Source: Vicugna vicugna | Taxonomy: Eukaryota | Assembly: GCA_013265495.1 (NCBI GenBank) | Contig: MU058844.1 | Coordinates: 10,996,184-11,060,183, forward strand | Length of the DNA: 64,000 nt | Direction of reading: 5' to 3' | Shown here: positions 54,201 to 64,000 of the stretch, one piece after another | How positions within the stretch are numbered: position 1 is the first letter of the stretch | Layout: every line of letters starts with the position of its first letter | The notes under the pieces: generated by a model | What the model saw: only the letters and a program-made list of their open reading frames with translations | What the model was told of the DNA's origin: nothing | Database searches by the model: none | Position numbers and translations under genes: made by a program

Positions 54201-54814
54201 GCAGAATTTGTGAAAACACTTTAAAATCAATAGAATAGCAAAGTAGCTCTGTGGGACTCACAGAATCTATTTCCTTAGCCATACCATTACAGAAGCCATT
54301 TCTCAGGACTGGAAAGAGCATATTGTATTTGAGTTGGGATTTGAGGTTAGCATCATAATGAGAACACAGTATCACTATGTTGTATTTTTCTAAGGTTTAA
54401 AATTCTCTGAGATTTATGACTCCATCTGTTGGAAATTTGAGACTTTCTATCAATATCTTTATTTTTACCAATTTGTTTCAATACACTTCTAATTTGTAAA
54501 ATACACTTCTAATTTTATTGTTTTTAAAAGGTTAGTTGGCTTATTTTATTACAACTGGATCACGTAATTTGTTAGTTTGAACTCCTTCAACAAATACTTA
54601 CAGCTTTAAGATAAAAAAAAAGTATGCATATTTTTATTTCTTTCAGGATTCTTAGTTATAGGCAGCAAAACAACTCTATTTTAAGAAAGAAAAATTTTAT
54701 TTATTGGAGAGCCCACACTAACTCATGGGTAGCTAATGGAGAATTTTGGAAGGTATGCAGAAGCAAAGGAAAGCTGACAGTAAATATCGGAAAGGACGGA
54801 AATCACCTTCACAG

Positions 54815-55435
54815 AGACAGCATAGCCAAACAGTTAAGAATATGGACTCTGAAGTGAGTTAGGTAAGCTTGAATCCTGGATCTGCTGCCTCCTATATGTG
54901 ACCTTGTGTAAATTACTTCTCTGTGAGTCAGTTTCCTCTATGAATGGGAATAGCAGTACCAACCCCATAGGTATTTGTCTTAGGCCAGGGAAAGCTATAG
55001 TCTGGTGACAAACAACTCCCTAAATCTCACAAACTTTAAAATAAAGATAAATTTCATGCTGATGGAATATGTTCATCATGGGTTGGCTGAGCATCAGCTC
55101 CATGTTGCTGTCATCTCCCCTCTTATATCCAGGCTGAAGGAGGAACCATTCTTTGGAGTGGTATCAATGGTCACAACAAAGGTGAAAGAGCACTGGAGAG
55201 CATCATATTGACAACCAGTTGGTAGGCCTAAAGATAACACACATCCCTTCTACTTAAAACTCACTGGCCCAAACTGGTCCCTTGGTTACACTGGAAGGGA
55301 ATCAGGGAGTGCAATCCTACTATGAGTCCAGAGTATTTGGCAAAGACTAATACAAGTTTCTAAGCGAGTCAATATTTGTAAAACACTTAGACCTGGACTT
55401 GCCACATAGTAAGACCTATATGTATACTTACTAAA
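54815..55435 (+). mobile_element. MIR split by an LTR insertion
   Basis: 5' part gttaagaatatggactctg...tgtgacctt...cagtttcctc (to about 54976); 3' part tttgtaaaacacttag...cacatagtaag (from about 55355). Confidence 0.8.
54977..55354 (-). mobile_element. MaLR MLT1-type solo LTR
   Basis: TG...CA termini; gtgacaaacaactccctaaatctca and cactggcccaaactggtc motifs. Confidence 0.75.
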
Positions 55436-56289
55436 TAAAATAAATAGCCAGGGTATTTCTGTCTCTGGACATAGTCACAGGTAAGTTTAATAAATACCAA
55501 CCATCTTTTTCCTTTGCATTATTCATTTCAGATATAACAGCCAAGGCTGAGCTCTAGGTACTTTTATACACCTTTGCTACCAATAGGTGCCATTTCCATC
55601 AGTTTCCATAGTGAGAAACGGAAGAAGTATTACATACGTTGTTTCCTCTTTTACCAGCGGAAGGAGTGTTCAATGTTGATGGCAACACAAAACACGAAAT
55701 GTTTACAAAATTACTTCTTTAGCTGCCTGATTTCCTCATACATCTTTCTACCAATACTACATTTCTAAAAATAACACTCCCCCAGAATTTCACCAACTTT
55801 AACTGCAAACATACGCAACTCCCTCCAGAAAGGCAGACAATACAAACTCTCATGAGTTACTGCAGACAGGTTCAAGAGTTTAGGTTTCTAAGCCTAAGAC
55901 TTTTAGATGGAAACTTTTATTTCCTTAAGCCTTTTATTATCCCATCTCAATAAAAATGATGTATACATACTAATAAAAGAAAGACAGAATAGAAGTAAAA
56001 ATATAAGTGTAAACAATCACTGTCTTTCTGAAGGCATGGTTCCCTTCCCTCATGGGGCCATGGTTGATACTTATGATTTTTAACTGTTTCTCCAATTAAT
56101 TATTACTCTTGCCTTTGGCCAGAAACTTAACCATGTCAGTTTGTTTCAGTTTGGAAGGATGACCCAGAATAACCTTGTGAGATTTGATTCTTATGGTAAT
56201 CCTACTGGTAATGGGTTGACATAATCTTCCATTAACTTTTATCATGGAAAAGATGAAATTAGGGGAGTCTCCAATTCTGTTCACACTTC

Positions 56290-56500
56290 AATTCACTCAC
56301 AAGTATTTGTTTAATAACTGATATATTCTAGGCACTGTTCTATACAGTGGGATACGTTGGTAGACAAAACGAACAAAGATCCCCATCCTTGAGCCACTTG
56401 CATTCAAACACGAAGTGATATAAAATAAACATTGAACACTAATAAGTAATTTTATATGTTAGAGTGTAGTAAGTGTAAAAGAGAGACTATGCAGAGAAGT
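56290..56500 (-). mobile_element. L2 3' end
   Basis: attcactcacaagtatttg...ctaggcactgttcta...aacaaagatcccc. Confidence 0.75.
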
Positions 56501-56504
56501 GCAC

Positions 56505-57550
56505 GGAGGACTGGAATCCCTGGAGTTGGCCACAGCAACCATATAAACTTCAGTTTGGGATTGTTTACTAAGCGGCATGAAAAACCCCAAGTGGCCAAGT
56601 AGCAACATCAGTTTTAATTGGTGGAGCTACTGTTTTAGTTACTCTAATAAAAACAAACAAACGAACAAAAAAAACCTCACAAGTGGATCATTTAGTTTCC
56701 TAAAGTCAAGCACCACGTCAAACTCCTTGCTGGGAGACCTGACACGTGAGTTCTGGCTATGAGACAACGTGCACAGAGACCATACAACATCCTCTGGGCA
56801 GAAGATAGCATCCAAATCTAAAAGTGATTTGACTCCTTGTGCTGGAGAAATTCATTTTTAATAGAAATTTTTTCTTTCTGTAATACCAGCTACTTCCTGA
56901 TGACCAGTCAACTGACAAGGCCAATAATCATAGTTTTGAATTTTACTTGTCCATATCGAGATTTCCTTAAAGCAATGATATCATCATACTGGGAGAAGGA
57001 ATAAGGCACTTAGCAAGCCCATGAATGTTTGTGCTGGTGTAACATGATGAGCAGAGAAAATAAATCTCAGTCTAGAATACATGTTTCTTCCACATTCCCT
57101 CCAAATAGAAGGTGTCCAATGTTAGAAGCTTAACATCAGGTATCTAGTGGGGCTGCACCCTCTGTGGTATGTTGGTGTGTTACTGAACTGGGGGCTCAGG
57201 GGTGGAAGTTGTCACTGAAAAATTGGGTTCGTATGTGTGGTATAGCAAGGTCTGCACTGACTGAGTGGGGAACTGTGATGCTGAGCCTACGAATATTGTT
57301 TCTCACTATCAATTGATCACTTTGTTTAGTAACCCACTGGACAATCAATCAGGTGGCTAAAATGCAGCTGAATGATGTACAAATGCCAAGTGTACTGGTG
57401 TTCTTGATGAAGTTTCTCTTTAGCAGAGAGGGGCTTTCTGTATACACTCACACACAACAAAAATATTTCTGCCCTGAAGGTTACTCTAAAAGGTTCAGGC
57501 TCCAAACCTCTCTTTAAAATCCTCTAGTCTTATTTCTTATAAGTCCTGAA
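56505..57550 (-). mobile_element. Decayed ERVL-like internal (pol) fragment
   Basis: aagtggccaagtagcaacatcagttttaattggtggag resembles recalled antisense ERVL internal sequence; no ORF remains. Confidence 0.45.
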
Positions 57551-57556
57551 GGAGTC

Positions 57557-57755
57557 AAGCACTGTCTAGTTGATCTTTCTGTGATGATGGAAATACTTTG
57601 TACAACTGTTGTCTAATATGGCAGCCACTGGACACATGTAACTACTGAGCATTTGAAGTATGACTTTCAGTGTGACTAAAGAGCTAAATTTTTAACTTCT
57701 ACTTTAAGCTGAAGTAGCCACATGTAGCTAGTGGCTATTGTTTTGGGCAGTGAAG
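57557..57755. mobile_element. MER3-like hAT-Charlie element
   Basis: ctttctgtgatgatggaaat...gcagccactggacacatgt...tagccacatgtagctagtggcta. Confidence 0.85.
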
Positions 57756-58169
57756 CAGCGAATCCATTGAACTGCATACCTTGTTTATACTTCTGCCTGA
57801 AGCTTTTTAATATATTATATAAAGTTTTAAACTAGGAAGATGTCTTTACTTCTAGCTTATCCCATTTGTGTTTTCCGTTACCTAGAACATCCTGGAATAC
57901 TCTTGAATTTAAGACTTCATAAATAACCCACTTCATTTAACTCTTCATGTGAAAGTAATCTACCTTTTATATTAAATTTTCTAGTATTTTGCTTTTCTAT
58001 ACTTGATGAATGCTAAATTTCTTACTTCTTTTATTCAATGCAATACTGTAATGTAGGGTTTGTTACTGGGCATTATACATTGTATGAGGGCATGAACTTT
58101 TGGTTTTTATGTCACTAGTATGTACTCAGACCTAAAGCTATGAAAATGCTTCTTAAAGATTTGTTAAAG

Positions 58170-59840
58170 TTGGAACCACTAAAAGACCCTAAATAGCTAA
58201 ATCAATCTTAAGAAAGAAGAACAAAGCTGGAGGTATTCTTCTCCTTGATTTCAAGCCGTATTACAAAGCTATTGTAATCAAAACAGTGTGGTACTGGCCT
58301 AACAATAGACACACAGATCAGTGGAAGAAGAGAGCCCAGAAATAAACCCACATGCTTATGGTCAATTAATCTATGACAAAGGAGCCAAGAATATACAATG
58401 GGCAGAGGACAGTGTCTTCAATAAACAGTGCTGGAAAAACTGGACAGAAACATGCAAAAGAATGAAACTGGAACACTATCTTATACCATACACAAAATTA
58501 ACTCAAAATGAACTAAAGACTTTAAGATCTAGAATCATAAAACTCCTAGAAGAAAACATAGGCAACAAATTCCTTGACATTGGTCTCAGTGAAGACTTTT
58601 TCAGATTTGACACCAAAAGCAAAGGCAACAAAACCAAAAATAAGTAAATGAGACAACATCAAACTGAAAAATCTTCTGAACAGCAAAGGAAACCTTCACC
58701 TAAATAAAAAGACAACCTACCAAATGGCAGAAAATACTTGGAAACTATATATCTGATAAGAAGTTAATATACAAAATATAAACATAACACATACAACTAA
58801 ACAGTTAAAAAACTGATTAAAAAATGAGCAGAGATTCTAAATAGAAAAATTTCCAAAGACAAATAAAGATGGCCAATAGTACACAAAAAAATACTCAAAT
58901 CATGAGGGAAATGCAAATCAAAACCACAATGAAGTATCACTTCATACCTGTTATAAGAGCTGTTATCAAATAACTAGGAATATCAAGTAATTTTGATAAC
59001 AGCCACTATAGAAAACAGTATGGAGGTTACTCAAAAAATTAAAAATAGAACTACCACATGATCTAGCAATTCCACTTGCAAGTACTTATCTGAAGATAAC
59101 AACAACAACAACAAACTCAAAAAGACGTAGGCACTTCATGTTAATTGCAGCATCATTTATAATAAGCAAGTTATGGAAACAACCTAAGTGCCCACTGATG
59201 GATGAATGGCTAAAGAAAATGTGGTTTATACTAACAAATATTATTCAGCCTAAAAAATAGTGAAATCTTGTCATTTGTGTCAATGTGGATGAGCCTTGAG
59301 GACATTATGCTTAGTGACATAAGAAAGAGAAAGAAAAATACCATATGATCTCACTTATATGTGGAATCTGAAAAAAAAAAAAAAAAAAAAACTCAAGGAT
59401 ATGAAGAAACAATTGGCTGTTGCCAGAGGTGGACAGTAGGGGGTTAAGTGAAATGGATAGCTAACTCAATCTTAAGAAAGAAGAACAAAGCTGGAGGTAT
59501 TCCTCTCCTTGATTTCAAGCTATATTACAAAGCTATTGTAATCAAAACAGTGTGGTACTGGCATAACAATAGACACACAGATCAATGGGAGTCACAAGGT
59601 GCAAACTTCTGGTTATAAAATAAATACGTTATGGGAATGTGATATACAACATGGCACCATAGTTAATAATATTTATTTTATATTTGAAAGTTGCTAAGAT
59701 CTTAGAAACTTTCATCATAAGAAAAAAATTTACAACTATGTATGGTGATGAATGTTAACTAGAATTATTGTGATGATCATTTCACAATGTATACAAATAA
59801 TGAAATAATTATGTTTAATACCTGAAATTAATAAAAAAAA
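58170..59840 (+). mobile_element. 5'-truncated L1 (3' ORF2, 3'UTR, A tail)
   Basis: Remnant ORF 58321-58647 ([23 protein letters not shown]...). 3'UTR ends tgatcatttcacaatgtatacaaat...aataaaaaaaa. Confidence 0.93.
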
Positions 59841-61004
59841 TCAAAAGACATTTGAAGAAATGACCATATATAACTATGTGGGTGAATTTTGCCTGCATTT
59901 ACCTGGATATAAGTAAATTCTTCTCTCTCATAAGCACTGGTGAAAGGAAGATTCTCCCCTAAGTTGGGAAAGTGAGATAACAGTTATACTGAAGAATATG
60001 AAAGGATCAAATGTGTCAATTAAAGCATAGTGTTTTGAAGCTTTCTGCCAGTTTCAGAATCTAAATCTTTTCATATTTACCTATTACATTTCTTCTCTAG
60101 GTTTTTCCCTCAGGAAATTCCTCCAAAAGTATCACTTCTGGTAAGTAATATGTTATGGAAAATGCAGTCTTTTTCATTTGAACTACATAATATCTATACA
60201 TTTACCAGTCCCAGTTGCAGAATTACATTTTTTAGATTTTTCTAGAGTAAGTTTAATTATTAGACTGATCTGAATTCATTGACAGCATGCTCTGAAGAAA
60301 AAGTCAAAGAGCAGTGCACTTACATATTAAATTTCATAGGAGCCTTTTCTTATATGTATTTTATTTATGTATTTTTTTCAAATAACCAGGGAGGTGATTT
60401 ACAGTGTGATACTTTTGACACAAATTCAGGGTGTAAGTATTAAATTTTAATTCATTTTATCCATTTTTTCATGCATTTCTTCATTTAACATGTATCTATG
60501 GAGTAACTATAATGTCCAGGAAATAATGGGGTCAGCACAAGGTGGTAAAAAAACATGTAATTAAAAAAAATTGTGACAAAAATTAAGTGGTGTATGATAT
60601 AGTTACCTATGTTCACTGCAATTCCTAGAAAAACAATAGCTTACCTCTGATATATAATAAAATCAGCTATATGAACCCTAATATTCATTTCTAAGTATTC
60701 TTCACCTTTTTTTCAGTTCGCTGGCATTTTATATGAAGTCTCACTCAACTCATTAGAACCTGTCAAAAGTCTACTTACAGCATTTCAGCGCTGGAGCTAA
60801 TCTTAGAGATAATTCACTCATAAAACTCAAAATAGAGTAACACGGAAGTTTAATGATTTGCCTATTTACTCAGATGTTAAAGGTGGAGACAGCACAGGGC
60901 CCAGGTATAATAAATTTTAATTCACCCTCTTCTTATGATGCTATGCAGTAGATATTTTCTGCCACAGGAACTCAGTTTTTCCACTTAACTTCATTCAGAT
61001 ATTC

Positions 61005-61233
61005 GGGGGAAGAGGTGGATGGATAAACTGGGAGTTCAGGATTTTCAGATAGTAACTACTATGCATGAAACAGATAAACCCACAAGGTCCTACTGTATAG
61101 CACAGGGAATTATACTCAGTACTTTGCAACAGCCTATAATGAAAAATAATATATATACACATATAACTGATCACTATGCTGTATGCCAGAAATTAACGCA
61201 ACATTGTAAAATGCCTATACTTCAATTAAAAAA
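61005..61233 (+). mobile_element. Camelid/artiodactyl L1 3' end
   Basis: ggataaactgggagttc...ggtcctactgtatagcacaggga...tatacttcaattaaaaaa. Confidence 0.88.
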
Positions 61234-61347
61234 TGCTAATCTTTAGGGTAACTTGAAATTGTGAGTTCTGGAATGTTATATTGCCAACAGAAATCATAAT
61301 GAATTGTGTATTTGAGAAATTTTAAAAAAGCATACCATTGATTTATA

Positions 61348-61765
61348 TGTCAGAGACTGCTGTTTACTGAAATCTATTTGCTCTTCTTTTTAGCTATACA
61401 AATTGACTAAGTGCTCCAATCTGTCTTGCAGTTAGGAATGAACATGTCATGGAATTCTAGGCAATGGGATGAAACGGAAAAGCTGCGTGCTGTACCAGTG
61501 AAAAGGGTTAAAAAGACATGTAGGCCAGCTCCGCACTCTTTTTTCCTCCATTGACTGGCTGCAAATGATAATAAGAATACACAGTATAGTAGGAGGTTAG
61601 AGGGAAAAATCCTGGGTCTCCTAATTACTACTTAAAGAATTGCCTGAAGATCTGGATTCACCCCCTTGAACCGATAAATGAGCAAGAAATAAACTCCTCT
61701 TGAGCTTTAGTCACTACAGTTTTATCGATGGATTTGTTTCTGCAGTTGTGCTTCATATCTCATTT
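61348..61765 (+). mobile_element. MaLR MLT1-type solo LTR
   Basis: cttgcagttagg...ttctaggcaatgggatg...atgagcaagaaataaact...gtcacta. Confidence 0.8.
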
Positions 61766-62418
61766 AGGATTCTCACTGACTTCTCCGAATCTTAATATTT
61801 AAGAACCCAAAGTGACTATTCCACTGGAAATTCATGTAGGTACTTTCAGGGAGAGTCTAGGTGATAAAGGAAAACTGATTTTCATATAAAAAATGAGCAC
61901 ATAAGTGTAATTTTAAAAATGGAGACACCTCTATTGAGACATATGTACTGTTTCATGACTGATTAACAGCTAGGAAGCTTAAAGCCATATTTCCATATAA
62001 GATGTGCCAGCATAGGTCTAGGAAGTTATTATTTTTTTTAATTTGGCCCTTGTCAACTGTTACGAAACTGTCAACGAACATCTGCCAAGAAATGAAGAAG
62101 TGTTTTAATTACATTTCTCAAAGAATGAGGGATGCAACAAGGTTATGTTTCTCATTTTGTAATCACATGCATTGAAAAGTAAATGGTCTAACACTGATGT
62201 TCTCTGATTGTCTAAAATTGTAAGTATTTTAATCTATTTTTCTTCATAAACTGTACATATTCCTTTATGCCACATATTCCTACAGTGGTAGAGGTGAGTT
62301 CTTTTATCAACAAGCTTTAAAACATTATTTACTACTGTTATAATAAGCAATGCAGGAATCAAAAATAAACACACTATGTGTAATATATATAGTATATATA
62401 CCATATAAAATAAAACAC

Positions 62419-62444
62419 GTGTGTGTGTGTGTGTGTGTGTGTGT
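62419..62444. repeat. (GT)13 microsatellite
   Basis: Read directly from the sequence. Confidence 0.95.
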
Positions 62445-63199
62445 ATGCTGCAAGATACTCTAGGTAGAAATAGTTCACAGTACTTGTTTGTAAACGTGCA
62501 CCAACATGCGTTGTGTTCCTTCATCTTCACATTTAAAAAAATTCAATGAAAGAGTAATAAAATTTAATAAGGTTACTAACTTTAATATTTTCTTTAAAGA
62601 ACACCCCCTTTAAAATTTGGAAAGATTAAAATAAAAAATTCAAACATGTAATATTATCTTGAAATACATGCACATCTAAAAGTAAAATTAGGTTATTGCT
62701 ACTAGTATTTGAGTTCCTAAGGAAAGCATCAAGTTTTTCCAAAATTGTAATTTTCTCCATTATATTTAAGATGCACAGAATTAGATCAGTAATAAACCGT
62801 GGTTCACTGAACATACTCATCATTGTCAGTACTTAGCATGCTTTTGTTTGGTTATTATAGTTTAATAACTTTAACAAATTTAGTAATATAAAAAGCACCA
62901 AACTTACCACTGAAAACCTGAGTCAGCTGACCAAGTTTGACTAGGTTTTAGTTTTTAGCTGTTTTAACATCTTTTTTTTATATTATAACTTTTATTACCT
63001 CTTTTGTTCCTCTTTTGTGTGTATTCTATAGCAATTACACATTTTTTCCTGATGTATGTTGAATTCATTCATTTTGATGCTTTCTACCTTTCTAATCATA
63101 ACCTAAATATTTGAGGCTATTCGACTGCCAAAACGCATGGGTTTTGAGAATTCTACAGGATTTTATAAGTACTGTTTTTATAATGATTCATTTCTAGGA

Positions 63200-63930
63200 T
63201 TATAATTAACTTAACTGAAGTATACTTGTCTTACAGTAAAATTCATCAATTTTAACTGACCTGCCCAGTAAGTTTTTAGACAAATATATGTACTCATATA
63301 ATTACTGCCACAATCACTACATAAAATATTTCTATTATAATTTGCAGTTTGTGCATATTATGAATACAACTTTATGAACTTTCATGTACATGCCTTTGAG
63401 TAGACAGATATTTTCCTTTCTCTTGTATAAGTACCCTTACCTTTATATGAAACTGATGAAGTATACTCTAATGGGGAATTCATAGCACCAATATTTGAGC
63501 TCTCCAGTTATTCTACATTCTTAAAACATTTGGTATTACCTGTTTTTTTTCATTCCAGCCATACTAGTGTATTTACAGTTGTAGCTCATAGTTTAATTTG
63601 CATTTTCCAAATGATTAATGGGGTTGAAAATCTTTTTTATGTGTTTGTTGAAAAGTCATGTCTTTTGTCTATTTGTATTTAAATTTAAATTAACTGAACT
63701 TCAATATAATTTAAAAATTCAATTTTCTAGTCACACTTATCTCATTTCAAGTGCTTAATAGCCACATGTAAAAAATGCAAACTCTATACTGGGAGAAAAC
63801 ATTTGAAAACATATCTGATAAAATATTTTAATACAGAATATATGAAGGACTCATAACTGAAAAACAAAAGATAATCAACCTAGTTTAAACAAGGAAATTA
63901 TTGAATGCACACTTTACAAAAGAAGTTTTA
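63200..63930. mobile_element. Old L1 fragments in opposite orientations around a MER3/MER33-like piece (about 63680-63770)
   Basis: Antisense tttaatttgcattttcc; catttcaagtgcttaatagccacatgt; sense gggagaaaacatttg...atatctgataa. Confidence 0.65.
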
Positions 63931-64000
63931 TTCATACCAATTTCTTCTTTTCATAAGTGACTTAGGTTTCTTTTTCTTTTTCTTTTTTTTGGTTTGGAAG

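Noticed and set aside
54480..54515. 16-bp direct repeat aatacacttctaattt
   Set aside because: Simple local tandem duplication.
62234..62930. Minus-strand ORFs 62234-62530 and 62626-62823 and a donor-like site near 62905
   Set aside because: Low-complexity AT-rich peptides, one crossing the GT repeat, with no recognisable homology. The region may be an old transposon that I cannot name.
1..64000. CRISPR arrays, tRNA/rRNA genes, operon-like or prokaryotic systems
   Set aside because: Mammalian non-coding DNA; no repeat-spacer periodicity or structured RNA gene was recognised.

Overview
AT-rich, CpG-depleted placental-mammal DNA, most likely camelid. That call rests on recalled camelid-type L1 3' ends and on seeing no Alu, B1/B2, Bov-A/BovB, PRE or CanSINE elements. 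I found no protein-coding exon. The one functional landmark is a CpG island at about 22.85-24.65 kb. It holds a minus-strand, non-coding first exon ending in CAG|GTAAGG at 23052/23051, which from memory matches the 5'UTR exon 1 of synaptotagmin-1 (SYT1); this needs BLAST confirmation. If correct, 1-23051 is the start of a very long intron 1 and about 24.7-64 kb is upstream intergenic DNA filled with L1, L2, MIR, MaLR/ERVL and hAT remnants. The ORF-track entries are chance ORFs or decayed L1 pieces. The most unusual structures are: (i) a TSD-flanked 3.45-kb insert made of about 260 bp of non-L1 sequence plus an L1 with 5'UTR and ORF1 but almost no ORF2, nested in an older L1; (ii) templated duplications and fold-back scars inside L1 copies; (iii) a cluster of TTACGTAA D-box motifs in intron 1; (iv) an inverted CCAAT pair and plus-strand splice signals that hint at a divergent transcript. 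I see no evidence for a new multi-gene system. Repeat names and boundaries are by eye and approximate.
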